Source: an uncultured Bacteroidota bacterium (GTDB lineage Bacteria > Bacteroidota > Bacteroidia > Chitinophagales > Chitinophagaceae). Taken from it: DNA of 64,000 nucleotides. Positions 1 through 10,350 of this stretch are shown here, piece after piece. The DNA is taken from NCBI GenBank assembly GCA_963757315.1, contig CAVWRD010000011.1:1613682-1677681 (forward strand). The letters are read 5' to 3'. The notes beneath the pieces were generated by a model. The model searched no databases. It had not been told where the DNA came from and saw only the letters and a program-made list of their open reading frames with translations. A program made the translations under genes and the position numbers. How positions within the stretch are numbered: position 1 is the first letter of the stretch; the number at the start of each line of letters is the position of its first letter.

Positions 1-300
1 TTCCCGAGGACTGATCTTAGGGGCAGAAAATATTTTATAAAAAAAATAAAACACACCGACTAGTGAAGTGTAGAAAAAAACGGATGTTACCGTATCCATT
101 GTTACCCCAACTTTTAAAAATTTTAACATCCCGGTAAGAAAAGAAACGATCCCAAAACATACCAGCCAGGAAATATTTTCATTTTTTATCAAACTCTTTC
201 CAGGTTTTGCCGGAATGGTATTCGGGAAAGCCGGCGATTTATAGGCAGAAGGACGTATTTCTCCTATTTTTTCATCACGAAGGATTTGCATCTGAAACAT
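1..300 (-). CDS. hypothetical membrane protein, 5' part only (runs off the left edge)
   Basis: Hand translation of the minus strand from ATG at 300 gives 100 uninterrupted codons to position 1 (MFQMQILRDEKIGEI...WLVCFGIVSFLTGMLKF...). It has hydrophobic segments and no recognisable motif. It is absent from the ORF track because it has no stop in the window. Confidence 0.3.
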   Translation of the reverse strand, partial: MFQMQILRDEKIGEIRPSAYKSPAFPNTIPAKPGKSLIKNENISWLVCFGIVSFLTGMLKFLKVGVTMDTVTSVFFYTSLVGVFYFFYKIFSAPKISPRE

Positions 301-383
301 TTTCAAAAACAAGTAAAAAAACCGTGCCAGGAAATTGCCTGTGTTTGAAACAAGGTTAACCCGTATTCGAGAAAGAAAGGGAG

Positions 384-1376
384 CTAATGAACCAATTCAT
401 GCATTGACAAGGTTCCCGGCTTGTAAGCCAGGACCCACCTGATACAGGTGTCTATCCAGGATCTATTGTCGGCATTATTCGTCATTCCGAAACCATGTCC
501 ACCTTTTTCATAAAGAAAAATCTTTGCAGGCACATGATGTTTTTTAAGAGAATCGGCAAATACAATACTATTTTCATATGGAACGGTACTGTCGTCTTTA
601 GCATGAACCAAAAAAGACGGAGGTGTTAGTTCTGTTACTTTGGTTTCATTTGAAAATTCGTGTATCTGTTCCTGAGAAGGAGTTGGTCCGAGTAAATTAT
701 GCATTGAACCCATATGTCCGATGCGCTCGTCAAAACTAATAACAGGATAAATAAGCAGCATAAAATCGGGTCGTAAATTAATATTGCCTGGATTGTCAAT
801 GTAATTTTTTTCAAAATGTGTTCCTGCCGTGGAAGCAAGATGGCCGCCTGCTGAAAATCCCATAATTCCTATTCGTTTTTTATCAATTCCCCACTCATCT
901 GCTTTTGAACGTAACAGTAAAATGGCTCTTTGTGCATCCTGAAGTGGACCTATTTCCTTTTTAAACATTGTATGATCGTCAGGCATTCTGTATTTTAAGA
1001 CGAAAGCGGCAATACCAGAATCATTAAAACGAAGGGCTACATCTTCTCCTTCATAACCCATTGCAAGATTAACATAACCCCCGCCCGGGCAAATAATTAC
1101 GGCAACCCCTGTAGACTTTTCTCTGGAAGGCAGAAAAACCGTTAGCGTGGGTCTGGAAATTTTGCTGACGATAAGTATTTCACCCGGTTCATATTTAAAC
1201 GTTTCTTCGTTTTCAGAAGGCCGCGCATTTGGGATCTGCTCGTATAATGGAATTACTGTTTTGGTTTTCATTTTAAAAAAGAAAAAAACAACGATCAGAC
1301 AAATCAAAAGTGGTACAATCGCTTTCTTTAGCATGAGGTTAAAGTTAAGCATTGACTTGAATCTATCATGGCGCAA
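384..1376 (-). CDS. alpha/beta hydrolase (esterase/lipase-like, secreted or membrane-anchored)
   Basis: Nucleophile elbow GFSAGGH, oxyanion-type CPGGGY, C-terminal GGHGF. N-terminal hydrophobic anchor. The start may be an internal Met (MLKKAIV...). Confidence 0.8.
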   Translation of the reverse strand: MRHDRFKSMLNFNLMLKKAIVPLLICLIVVFFFFKMKTKTVIPLYEQIPNARPSENEETFKYEPGEILIVSKISRPTLTVFLPSREKSTGVAVIICPGGGYVNLAMGYEGEDVALRFNDSGIAAFVLKYRMPDDHTMFKKEIGPLQDAQRAILLLRSKADEWGIDKKRIGIMGFSAGGHLASTAGTHFEKNYIDNPGNINLRPDFMLLIYPVISFDERIGHMGSMHNLLGPTPSQEQIHEFSNETKVTELTPPSFLVHAKDDSTVPYENSIVFADSLKKHHVPAKIFLYEKGGHGFGMTNNADNRSWIDTCIRWVLAYKPGTLSMHELVH

Positions 1377-1408
1377 TTGGACTTACCTTTGCAATCTGAA
1401 TTTATTTT

Positions 1409-2671
1409 ATGCACTTCATTTGCAGATATTCCCTGATAATTTTTTGTTTTTCTTTTTCACTTTTTGGAATCGCCTCTCCAACTATCAAACCCTTCTCTGA
1501 CAGCAAAGTATCTATTGGCATCTGGAGAGGTGAAATTCTAAGAGACGATGGCCAAAAGATTCCGTTCAACTTTCAAATAAGAGAGACCGCAGGAAGAATG
1601 ATAATTCATATTATCAATGGCGCCGAACGCTTATTGGTGGACAATATCCGTCAAGAAGGCGATTCATTCTTTATTGTAATGCCTTTTTTTGACTCATACT
1701 TTGCGCTGAAGATTGTGAATGATCAAAAACTTGAAGGAAGCTGGATTAAAAATTATGGCGATCATCGTATTACTACTGCTTTCCAGGCAACCTTTAATGA
1801 AATCAGCCGTTACCCGGAGCCCGTGAAACCAGCATTTAATATTTCAGGCCGATGGTCGGCTCATTTTATAAACCCGACGGACTCTACTGAAGCCATCGGA
1901 GAATTCAGGCAATCCGGATCGGAGGTTCGAGGAACTTTTCTAACTACTACTGGCGACTATCGTTTCCTGGAAGGACAGGTAAGTGGGGACACACTAATGC
2001 TTTCAACATTTGACGGAGGCCACGCCTATTCATTCACAAGTAAAATTGTAGATAGTAACAAGATGCAGGATGGTTTCTTTTATGCCGGTGCAAAAAATAT
2101 TGAAAGCTGGAAAGCTGAAAGAAATGAAAATGCAAAACTGCCTGATGAATATAGTCTGACGCGCCTGAAAGATTCTACCAATGCTGTATTACATTTCAGT
2201 TTTCCCGATTTGAATAAACATAAGGTTTCACTGAGCGATCCAGAATTTAAAAACAAAGTTGTTATTGTTCAAATTCTGGGATCCTGGTGCCCGAACTGCA
2301 TGGATGAAACAAGATTTTTGAGCTCCTACTATCTTAAAAACAAAACCAGAGGTGTGGAAATAGTAGGATTAGCCTACGAAAGAACGACTTCTTATTCCTC
2401 AACAGTAAAGTTATTGCAACCTTTTATTACACGATTCCATGTTACATACCCCATTCTTGCCACCGGTGTGTCCGTGAATGATTCTCTACGGACGGAGAAA
2501 ACACTGCCGGAATTACAAGAAATAGTTGGATTTCCAACTACGATATTTATAGATAAGAAAGGAATGGTAAGAAAAATTCACACTGGATTTAACGGACCGG
2601 GGACGGGTGACCATTATGAAATTTTCCAAAAGGAATTCAACGATCTTATCACCAGTTTACTTAAAGAATAG
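1409..2671 (+). CDS. TlpA-like thioredoxin-fold (AhpC/TSA family) protein with an N-terminal domain of unknown function
   Basis: Signal-like N-terminus. The C-terminal thioredoxin fold has the WCPNC redox motif and GFPTTIFIDKKG. Confidence 0.75.
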   Translation: MHFICRYSLIIFCFSFSLFGIASPTIKPFSDSKVSIGIWRGEILRDDGQKIPFNFQIRETAGRMIIHIINGAERLLVDNIRQEGDSFFIVMPFFDSYFALKIVNDQKLEGSWIKNYGDHRITTAFQATFNEISRYPEPVKPAFNISGRWSAHFINPTDSTEAIGEFRQSGSEVRGTFLTTTGDYRFLEGQVSGDTLMLSTFDGGHAYSFTSKIVDSNKMQDGFFYAGAKNIESWKAERNENAKLPDEYSLTRLKDSTNAVLHFSFPDLNKHKVSLSDPEFKNKVVIVQILGSWCPNCMDETRFLSSYYLKNKTRGVEIVGLAYERTTSYSSTVKLLQPFITRFHVTYPILATGVSVNDSLRTEKTLPELQEIVGFPTTIFIDKKGMVRKIHTGFNGPGTGDHYEIFQKEFNDLITSLLKE

Positions 2672-2721
2672 CTTATTGCGGTTACTAATTAATTTAGTAA
2701 TTTTGAGTAAACCAATTAGAG

Positions 2722-3876
2722 ATGCCCTGTCAGGAACGATTCCGATCTATAGTGCATTTTGATCTGGATGCTTTTTTTGTAAATGTCGAATACCTCCGTG
2801 ATTCCACATTACGGGGGAAAGCCATTGCAGTAGGTGGTCACAGTGACCGGGGCGTGATCACCTCCTGCAGTTATGAAGCCAGGAGATATGGTGTCCATTC
2901 TGCCATGCCCACCAAGATCGCGAAAAGATTATGTCCTCATCTTATAATTGTTCGGGGAGATATGGATAGATATTCTTATTTCTCCAATCTGGTTACCGAA
3001 ATAATTCAAACAGAAGTTCCATGTTTTGAAAAATCGAGTATTGATGAATTCTATGTTGATATGACAGGTATGGAAAAGTTTTTCGGGGTAATCCGGTTTA
3101 TAGAGCACCTCAGGGAAAAAATAATTAAGGAAAGTGGTCTGAGTATTTCTCATGCACTAGCCACTAATAAACTAATCAGTAAAGTCGCTACAAATGAATG
3201 TAAGCCCAATGGCCATCTGGAAATAAAACCGGGAAATGAGAAATCCTTTCTCGCCCCACTTAGAATTGAAAAACTTCCCATGATCGGCAAACGAACTGCT
3301 GAACTTTTACGAAGTATTGGAATAGAAACAATTTCGGCGCTAAGTGAGGTCCCCATTGAAATGTTGATCAGTGTTCTTGGGAAAAACGGATTTGAGATTT
3401 GGAAAAGGGCACGGGGTATAGATGAGAGCCCGATCATCCCATACCACGAACAAAAAAGTATTGGAACAGAAAATACATTTGAGTCCGACACTTGCAATAT
3501 GGAATTTCTTGGTAAGGAGTTGGTCCGAATGACTGAAAAAATAGCGTTTGAACTTCGCTGCAATAACAAACTAGCGGGGTGTATTACAATAAAAATACGG
3601 TACAGTGATTTTCAAACATTGACAATGCAATCAGCCATTTCATATACTTCACAGGATTTTTTTTTATTACAAAAAGCAAAAGAAATTTTCAATAAGTTAT
3701 ATAATAAACGTATGCGGGTTCGCCTGTTAGGAGTTCGGTTCTCTAATTTTATCGAGGGCAGCTATCAGATTAGAATATTTGAAGACCGTAAGGAAATGCC
3801 CGGACTTTCGAGGGCGATTGATAGCGTGAAAAAGCAATATGGAGAAAAATATTTAGTCCGGGCTGCGAGTCTTTGA
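2722..3876 (+). CDS. dinB: DNA polymerase IV (Y-family)
   Basis: HFDLDAFFVNVE and SIDEFYVDMTG catalytic motifs. Length 384 aa. Confidence 0.9.
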   Translation: MPCQERFRSIVHFDLDAFFVNVEYLRDSTLRGKAIAVGGHSDRGVITSCSYEARRYGVHSAMPTKIAKRLCPHLIIVRGDMDRYSYFSNLVTEIIQTEVPCFEKSSIDEFYVDMTGMEKFFGVIRFIEHLREKIIKESGLSISHALATNKLISKVATNECKPNGHLEIKPGNEKSFLAPLRIEKLPMIGKRTAELLRSIGIETISALSEVPIEMLISVLGKNGFEIWKRARGIDESPIIPYHEQKSIGTENTFESDTCNMEFLGKELVRMTEKIAFELRCNNKLAGCITIKIRYSDFQTLTMQSAISYTSQDFFLLQKAKEIFNKLYNKRMRVRLLGVRFSNFIEGSYQIRIFEDRKEMPGLSRAIDSVKKQYGEKYLVRAASL

Positions 3877-3999
3877 ATTCATGTTCCCATTTTTGGAAAT
3901 AAAATAGAATTAAAATAACAATTCTTTTTAAAACATTCCTCCTACCTTCATATTCCAAATTCCTTTGTAAAAGCTGCCGTAAATTCCCGGAAATATATT

Positions 4000-4320
4000 A
4001 TGCGCAGCAATAAAAAATATAAGTTTAAAATAATTGATGGCGTCCTTTCATGGAAGAATGAAGAAATGGAAAGATATGTTCCGGTATCTGCAGAAGTGCT
4101 TACACGGGTGATTCTGCTTTATGAACGGGAAATCAGGAATGGCATTCGCATCTGGAAAAAGCTGAAAGAAAATGACAACCTGATCGCCAATAATGATTCA
4201 GATGATCCACTGGTTCAAGATCTGTCAGAATGGATGGAACAACTGTATGGAATATTTGAAAATACGGAACCATTTCGCGAAAAAGAAAAATGGACCGATC
4301 ACCAAATAAACTTAAACTAG
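4000..4320 (+). CDS. hypothetical protein
   Basis: 106-aa ORF with no recognisable motif. Its 3' end overlaps the convergent kinase gene by 9 nt. Confidence 0.4.
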   Translation: MRSNKKYKFKIIDGVLSWKNEEMERYVPVSAEVLTRVILLYEREIRNGIRIWKKLKENDNLIANNDSDDPLVQDLSEWMEQLYGIFENTEPFREKEKWTDHQINLN

Positions 4321-5766
4321 ATTTCCCAGATTTTTACTTAGAATATTTAATGTGATCACGAAAGAAGTACCGTTTCCTTCCTCACTGAACACTTCGATTT
4401 TTCCTTTATGATTTAATACAATATTTTGAGTATTGGTCATCCCTAATCCATTCCCGTTTGCCTTCGAAGTAAAATACGGATCAAAAATTTTAGTGATTGT
4501 TTCATCATCCATACCATTACCATTGTCGCGTATAATGATATTACACTGATCACCGACCCGATTAGTTTCAAGGGTTAATATTGCGTTTTCTCCAGACATA
4601 GCCTCAATAGCATTTACGATTACGTTTAGTAAGGCAATTTTCATTCGGGTCTTGTCAACATTCAACAAGATCCTTTCCGCTGAATATCTTTTATCAATTT
4701 TTACCTGCTTGAGGTGAGCACGGTCAATTGCTTCATGAAGTGACTGGTCCAGCAAATCGTTTACGGGTATTTCCTCATATTGCAGGTCGGTAAATTTAGT
4801 AGCGGACAGGAGTTCATTAATCAATTCATTGATCCTCCGGGAATTCCTCGATATAATTTCAAGAAACATTTTTTTATCTTCTCCCGCAAGACTGTCGTTA
4901 TCTAAATGACTTGCAGACAAATCGATGTTAGTGAGCGGATTTCGGATTTCATGTGCAATAACGCGGGCCACGCGGCCCATGCTGGTAAATCGTTCCATAC
5001 TTCTCAACTCCAATAATTCTTTATTCGCATTCGCGAGTTCAGAAATTCTCTTTTCAAGCTGGTCATGATAAGATTCTGCCTGTATAGTTGCCTTTTTCTT
5101 GGCCTGGCTTTCAATGTTAAAAGTGACAAGAGAATAGATTATGAGTAGGCCGGAAACAAGACCAGCGCCAATTATGATCCAAAAAACTATTTTGCCGTAA
5201 TACGAAACTCTTTGAGTTCTCTGAGAAAGTAATTTATTTTCATTTACTGTTATGGAATCCGAAAGCTGCTCAATGGAGTTAATGAGACTGCCATTTAACT
5301 GTTCTCTTTCGCGGATGGAATCGTTAATTTGAAAATGGTTCCTGTTTAATATGCTGAGTTCTTCATTCAGCATATTGTATTTTCTCACAATGATCTCATG
5401 CATCACTTCCAGTCTTTTCTTTTCTTCAGGATTGTCATTTACACTATTGGATAAAACCTGAAAAACAGAATCAACTAAGGTTTCGCTCTCTTTATAGTCA
5501 TTCAGGTAGGCAACCTGCTTCTTATGCATAAATTCATTCCAGCTTATTTCTGCATCTTTCAAATTGGAATTAAGGATGGCCAGTTTATTAATTACTTCCC
5601 TGGTATGACTAACCCATTTATTTTGTTTTCTAAGCTGAACAAATGAAGAGAGTGATAAGAAATAGCAAATGAGCAGTAAAATAAATGCTGCCAGATAACC
5701 GCTTCTGATCTTTTTAGGAAAATCAAATTTCATAATCATTATTGGCAAACAATAACAGGTCACCAA
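4312..5766 (-). CDS. sensor histidine kinase with CHASE3-like periplasmic domain (orphan; no response regulator adjacent)
   Basis: H-box HEIRNPL, N-box NVIVNAIEAM, G-boxes DNGNGM and GNGLGM. N-terminal WVSHTREV pattern typical of CHASE3. The true start is probably MKFDFPKK. Confidence 0.85.
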   Translation of the reverse strand: MVTCYCLPIMIMKFDFPKKIRSGYLAAFILLLICYFLSLSSFVQLRKQNKWVSHTREVINKLAILNSNLKDAEISWNEFMHKKQVAYLNDYKESETLVDSVFQVLSNSVNDNPEEKKRLEVMHEIIVRKYNMLNEELSILNRNHFQINDSIREREQLNGSLINSIEQLSDSITVNENKLLSQRTQRVSYYGKIVFWIIIGAGLVSGLLIIYSLVTFNIESQAKKKATIQAESYHDQLEKRISELANANKELLELRSMERFTSMGRVARVIAHEIRNPLTNIDLSASHLDNDSLAGEDKKMFLEIISRNSRRINELINELLSATKFTDLQYEEIPVNDLLDQSLHEAIDRAHLKQVKIDKRYSAERILLNVDKTRMKIALLNVIVNAIEAMSGENAILTLETNRVGDQCNIIIRDNGNGMDDETITKIFDPYFTSKANGNGLGMTNTQNIVLNHKGKIEVFSEEGNGTSFVITLNILSKNLGNLV

Positions 5767-5856
5767 TACCTGGCTAAGATCAATGTTGTTATTCCCGCTA
5801 CTTTGAAATTACAAAGAATTGTCCAAAATGAGATTTCGCTTTAGATATCCAATCGA

Positions 5857-6906
5857 TTAAACGAGTAACATCGCATCCCCATAACTAAAAAACCGGTATT
5901 TGTCTTTGATAGCCCTTTTGTAGGCTTCCATTGTCAGATCATAACCTGCAAAAGCACACACCATGATTAAAAGACTGGTTTTGGGAAGATGGAAATTTGT
6001 GATCAAGGCGTCCGCAATATTAAACTGATAAGGAGGATGTATAAATGTATTTGTCCAACCTTCGGAAGGTTTGAGGAGTTTTTCTGCCGTGAATGAAGAT
6101 TCAAGTGCGCGCATAGTAGTGGTTCCGACTGAACAAATGCGATGACCGCCCAACCTGGCCTTATTGACTATTTTACAAGCTTCTTCATCCACCCGGTAAT
6201 ATTCAGCATCCATTTTATGTTTACTGAGATCTTCCACTTCAATAGGACGAAATGTTCCCAAGCCCGTATGAAGGGTGGCTTCTGCAAAACGGATTCCCTT
6301 TATTTCCAGCCTCTTAATGAGTTCTTTACTAAAATGTAAACCAGCGGTCGGAGCGGCGACAGCACCTTCATGTTTTGCATAAACAGTCTGATATCTTTCT
6401 TTGTCTTCTTCGTCGGGTTTACGTTTTATATATTTCGGTAGGGGCGTTTCTCCCAGTATTTCAAGTACCTGTCGAAATTCATCGTCTGTTCCATCCCACA
6501 AAAACCTTATTGTACGTCCCCGGCTGGTCGTATTGTCTATCACTTCTGCAACCAGTTCATCATTATCACCGAAGTACAATTTGTTGCCTACCCGAATCTT
6601 TCTTGCAGGATCAACTATTACATCCCAGAGTCTGTTTGGTTTATTCAGTTCACGGAGCAGGAAAACTTCAATTTTTGCTCCCGTTTTTTCCTTGCGACCG
6701 TACATTCGTGCTGGAAATACTTTGGTATTATTAACAACAAAAACGTCTTTATCGTTAAAATAATCCATCACATCCCTGAAATGTTTGTTTTCAATTTGGC
6801 CGGTTTTCCGGTGAACAACCATCATGCGGCTGTCTTCTCTTCTTTTTGCGGGATGTTGTGCGATCAGATTTAAGGGCAGGTCGAATTTGAACTGAGAAAG
6901 CTTCAT
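5857..6906 (-). CDS. queA: S-adenosylmethionine:tRNA ribosyltransferase-isomerase
   Basis: Full-length resemblance to QueA ([11 protein letters not shown]...AQHPA...; GTTxxRxLES-like [11 protein letters not shown]). 349 aa. Confidence 0.92.
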   Translation of the reverse strand: MKLSQFKFDLPLNLIAQHPAKRREDSRMMVVHRKTGQIENKHFRDVMDYFNDKDVFVVNNTKVFPARMYGRKEKTGAKIEVFLLRELNKPNRLWDVIVDPARKIRVGNKLYFGDNDELVAEVIDNTTSRGRTIRFLWDGTDDEFRQVLEILGETPLPKYIKRKPDEEDKERYQTVYAKHEGAVAAPTAGLHFSKELIKRLEIKGIRFAEATLHTGLGTFRPIEVEDLSKHKMDAEYYRVDEEACKIVNKARLGGHRICSVGTTTMRALESSFTAEKLLKPSEGWTNTFIHPPYQFNIADALITNFHLPKTSLLIMVCAFAGYDLTMEAYKRAIKDKYRFFSYGDAMLLV

Positions 6907-7159
6907 TCAGTGTGAAATTTTAAATTGTACCCGGTACATGAGTCGAACGAAGCTGAGAATAACTGGTCAGTCAAACCAGGTCTTACGGCACCCGATTCTG
7001 TCATGTTACGGCATGATTTTACAAGTGTGCAAAGGTAATGAAGAATTATGAATTTCCGTTGGGTTGTTTAAATAAAGATTCGTGGCTAAAATCTCTTCCT
7101 TTTCTGCAGAAAACGTCCCGGTTTAATTTTATAGTTTTTCGTAAAAAAGAGCCAAAATT

Positions 7160-8908
7160 TTAGATTTTACCTGGAATTGCCGCAATTAGTGAGCGGGTAT
7201 ATTCGGTTTTTGGGTTTTGATATACCTCATCCACTTTGCCGCATTCAACGATTTTACCTTTTTCCATTACAATTACCCGTTCGCACAAATAACGGATTAC
7301 CGATAGGTCGTGCGAAATAAATACGGCTGTAAATCCAAGTTTCTCTTTCAGATCGTTGATAAGATTTAAAATCTGGGCCTGTACGCTCACATCCAACGCT
7401 GAAACAGATTCGTCAAAAACTACGAAACCGGGATTTAGTATGAGTGCCCGCGCTATTACTATTCTCTGTCTTTGGCCGCCTGAAAACTCATGAGGGTATC
7501 TGCTAAAATACGCCGGTTCCAGATCCACCTTTTTTAGCATTTCAAGTGCGGATCGTTTTCTTTCTGCAGATTCCTTTAGTTCATGTGCTTTTATCGGTTC
7601 CGATATTGCAGGACCAATCATCAGCCTGGGATTTAAAGAAGAGTATGGATCCTGAAATACAATTTGGATGTTTCTTCTGAATGATCGCAATTCGGATTTT
7701 TTCATTTTTAACAAATCCCTGCCTTCATAAGAAATATTCCCGTGAAAATTTTTATTTAATCCAAGAAGAGCACGACCAAGAGTAGTTTTCCCAGATCCAG
7801 ATTCACCCACCACTCCGAGAATTTCTCCTTTGAACACCTCGAAATTTATATCCCTTATGCCATCTGTCCAATGTTTTTTGATACCTAATAAATTTCTGCC
7901 TGTAACGTAACGTACGTGTAACCCCTTTACACTTAGGAGAACCTGAAGTGAGGTACCCGGATTATCTGCAGAATCAGCTTCCAATACCAGTTCGGCTGTC
8001 TTTGGATTCGTATTTAAATAACCTGGTAAAACCGTATTGATATTATTATCACCCGAATTTTCGGGTACGTAGAAGTCCGATACAACTGGCAGGCGATTGC
8101 CCTTTGAATATAAAGATGGCCGGCACATCAGAAGTCCCCTGGTATATGAATTTTTAGGATTTTTAAAGAGTTCCTTAACTATTCCGGATTCAACAATTCT
8201 TCCCTTTAGCATTACCTGCACTCTGTCTGCCATTTCCGTTACAAGTCCCAGATCATGGGTAATAAAAATCATACTCATGTTTTCCGACAGGCATAAATTT
8301 TTCAACAGTTCTAATATCGTTTTCTGAACAATCACATCCAGTGCTGTTGTTGGTTCGTCGCATATCAGAACGGAAGGATCGCAGCTAATTGCCATGGCAA
8401 TCATTACCCGCTGTCTTTGGCCTCCACTCAGTTGATGCGGGTATTTTCTGAAGACTTTTTCGGGTTCAGTAATCTGAACTTTTTGAAGTAGTAGCAAAGC
8501 AGCAGCTTTTGCATTTCTATCGTTCAACTTTTTATGAAATTTCAGAGGCTCGCAAATTTGAGCACCACACGTCATAACCGGATTAAGTGATGTCATCGGT
8601 TCCTGAAAAATCATTGCCAACTGCTTTCCTCTGTAAAACCGGAATTCTTTTTCGTTCATGCCCAATAGTTCAACTTTATTTTCATCATCGGAAGAAAATA
8701 AAATGGAATCTCCTTTCACAACAGCATTTTTGCCCAGCAATTTCATCAGGGCCAGCGACATCACAGATTTTCCTGATCCCGATTCTCCTACCACGGCCAT
8801 CACCTCACCCCGATTCAAATCCATGGAGAAGTTGTGCAAAGCAGGAACGGCATTTCCTGTTTCAGGGAATGAGACGGTTAAATTTCGTATTTGAAGTATT
8901 GGGTGCAA
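7160..8908 (-). CDS. ABC transporter ATP-binding protein with duplicated ATPase domains (Dpp/Opp D-F type)
   Basis: Two Walker A motifs (GESGSGKS, GESGSGKT) and two signature motifs (LSGGQRQR, FSGGQRQR). No permease gene is adjacent. Confidence 0.9.
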   Translation of the reverse strand: MHPILQIRNLTVSFPETGNAVPALHNFSMDLNRGEVMAVVGESGSGKSVMSLALMKLLGKNAVVKGDSILFSSDDENKVELLGMNEKEFRFYRGKQLAMIFQEPMTSLNPVMTCGAQICEPLKFHKKLNDRNAKAAALLLLQKVQITEPEKVFRKYPHQLSGGQRQRVMIAMAISCDPSVLICDEPTTALDVIVQKTILELLKNLCLSENMSMIFITHDLGLVTEMADRVQVMLKGRIVESGIVKELFKNPKNSYTRGLLMCRPSLYSKGNRLPVVSDFYVPENSGDNNINTVLPGYLNTNPKTAELVLEADSADNPGTSLQVLLSVKGLHVRYVTGRNLLGIKKHWTDGIRDINFEVFKGEILGVVGESGSGKTTLGRALLGLNKNFHGNISYEGRDLLKMKKSELRSFRRNIQIVFQDPYSSLNPRLMIGPAISEPIKAHELKESAERKRSALEMLKKVDLEPAYFSRYPHEFSGGQRQRIVIARALILNPGFVVFDESVSALDVSVQAQILNLINDLKEKLGFTAVFISHDLSVIRYLCERVIVMEKGKIVECGKVDEVYQNPKTEYTRSLIAAIPGKI

Positions 8909-8915
8909 AACTTTT

Positions 8916-9686
8916 TCAAAAACGCAGATGCCTTACAGTGAGCCCTCCGTTGATAAGTTGTTTTAGAGAATCTATACCAATTTTTAAATGAGTTTCCACG
9001 AAATCGCCCGTCACTCTCTGATCGCTTTCAGCTGTTTTCACTCCATCGGGAATCATCGGTTGATCACTTACCAGTAACAAGGCCCCGGTAGGAATTTTGT
9101 TATAGAAGCCTACAGAAAAAATGGTGGCAGTCTCCATATCAACCGCGTATGCTCTGATTCTTTTCAGGTATTCTTTAAATACGTCGTCATGTTCCCAGAC
9201 TCTGCGGTTTGTAGTATAAACAGTACCAGTCCAGTAGTCCACTCCAAACTCCCGAATAGCAGTGGAAATGGCCTTCTGAAGAGCGAAAGCGGGAAGAGCC
9301 GGAACTTCAGGTGGAAAATAGTCATTGGATGTGCCTTCTCCGCGAATTGCTGCAATCGGGAGTACAAGATCGCCCAGTTTGTTCCTTTTTTTTAAACCAC
9401 CACATTTCCCTAAAAACAATGCAGCTTTTGGAGAAACCGCACTTAATAAATCCATAATGGTTGCACCCGAAGGACTTCCCATTCCAAAATTGATGATGCT
9501 TATATCGCCGGCTGTTGCACACTGCATGGGCTTGTCTTCCCCAACGATTTTTACTTTGTGCATTTCGGCAAAAAGATGAACATAGTGAGAAAAATTGGTC
9601 AGCAATATATAAGAACCAAAATTTTCAAGTTTCTCCCCGGTATACCGCGGAAGCCAGTTACTTACAATTTCTTCTTTTGTTTTCAT
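8916..9686 (-). CDS. AMP nucleosidase-like / PNP-UDP family nucleoside phosphorylase
   Basis: 256 aa. GMGSPSGA and VDMETA motifs of the PNP_UDP_1 fold. Short catalytic-domain-only form, as annotated in Bacteroidota. Confidence 0.7.
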   Translation of the reverse strand: MKTKEEIVSNWLPRYTGEKLENFGSYILLTNFSHYVHLFAEMHKVKIVGEDKPMQCATAGDISIINFGMGSPSGATIMDLLSAVSPKAALFLGKCGGLKKRNKLGDLVLPIAAIRGEGTSNDYFPPEVPALPAFALQKAISTAIREFGVDYWTGTVYTTNRRVWEHDDVFKEYLKRIRAYAVDMETATIFSVGFYNKIPTGALLLVSDQPMIPDGVKTAESDQRVTGDFVETHLKIGIDSLKQLINGGLTVRHLRF

Positions 9687-9760
9687 AAATTCATCACTAG
9701 ATTCATGTCAAAAAACCATTCGGTCTTACAACATTCTGTAATTTACTAAATAGTTGAGGT

Positions 9761-10204
9761 ATGATTAAAATCTATTACCCTCATTATGCATTCAAAATCA
9801 AAGAAGAGGATTCCGGAAAGGAATTCATTTTCGATGAGCAACGAAAACAATGGGTACGACTAACGGAAGAAGAGTGGGTAAGACAAAATTTCGCACAATA
9901 TCTGCTCCAGGTAAAAAAATATCCCTCAAGTTATATTGCCGTTGAGAAAAAAATGAAACTCGGTGAAATGAACAAGCGATTTGATATATTGGTTTATGAC
10001 AAAGCCGCCAAACCCTGGATGATGATCGAATGCAAAGCCATGGACAAACCCCTGGATAAAACAGTTCTTTGGCAGGCACTTCATTATAATCTTGCTATCC
10101 CTGTTAAATATCTGGTGATAACTAACGGACAGCAATGTCACGCGTACAAAAAAGCCATCCTGGATTTTGAGGAAATGAATGTTTTACCTTCTTATGATGA
10201 ATAA
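9761..10204 (+). CDS. HsdR N-terminal (PD-(D/E)xK nuclease fold) domain protein, solitary
   Basis: 147 aa. RFDILVYD ... MMIECK matches the D...E-x-K nuclease motif of HSDR_N-type proteins. Confidence 0.65.
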   Translation: MIKIYYPHYAFKIKEEDSGKEFIFDEQRKQWVRLTEEEWVRQNFAQYLLQVKKYPSSYIAVEKKMKLGEMNKRFDILVYDKAAKPWMMIECKAMDKPLDKTVLWQALHYNLAIPVKYLVITNGQQCHAYKKAILDFEEMNVLPSYDE

Positions 10205-10210
10205 TCTATC

Positions 10211-10238
10211 ATAAAGCTAAAAGCCTAAAACCTAAACC
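10211..10238. repeat. four degenerate NNAAAGC-type heptamers (ataaagc taaaagc ctaaaac ctaaacc) followed by T6
   Basis: Read directly. Begins 7 nt after the stop of 9761..10204. Inverted partner at 10323..10350. Confidence 0.7.
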
Positions 10239-10272
10239 TTTTTTAAAAATTCTTTTGAAACTTTTAATTTCT

Positions 10273-10306
10273 AAAGCAAAAAAGCATCAAATGATGCTCT
10301 TGCTTT
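10273..10306. terminator. bidirectional intrinsic terminator between convergent genes
   Basis: Interrupted hairpin aaagcaaaaaagcatc / aaat / gatgctcttgcttt with A-run and T-run flanks. Confidence 0.55.
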
Positions 10307-10322
10307 ATTAATAATCTGTTTT

Positions 10323-10350
10323 GGTTTTAGACCTTGGGCTTTAAGTCTTC
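10323..10350. repeat. heptamer block ggtttta gaccttg ggcttta agtcttc, inverted relative to 10211..10238
   Basis: ggttttag is the exact reverse complement of ctaaaacc at 10225..10232. Abuts the gdh stop. Confidence 0.6.

Noticed and set aside
6907-7159. 253-nt spacer upstream of queA, examined for a riboswitch or small RNA (small hairpin ctggt-cagtcaa-accag; direct repeat ttacggca x2)
   Set aside because: I recognised no known riboswitch core (preQ1, SAM, etc.), and the structures are short. A covariance-model scan would be needed, so no call is made.
9761-10204. HsdR_N-domain gene as part of a type I restriction-modification or defence system
   Set aside because: No hsdM, hsdS, helicase or other defence genes are adjacent. 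Its neighbours are a nucleosidase-like gene and gdh. It is a solitary small PD-(D/E)xK protein of unknown role.
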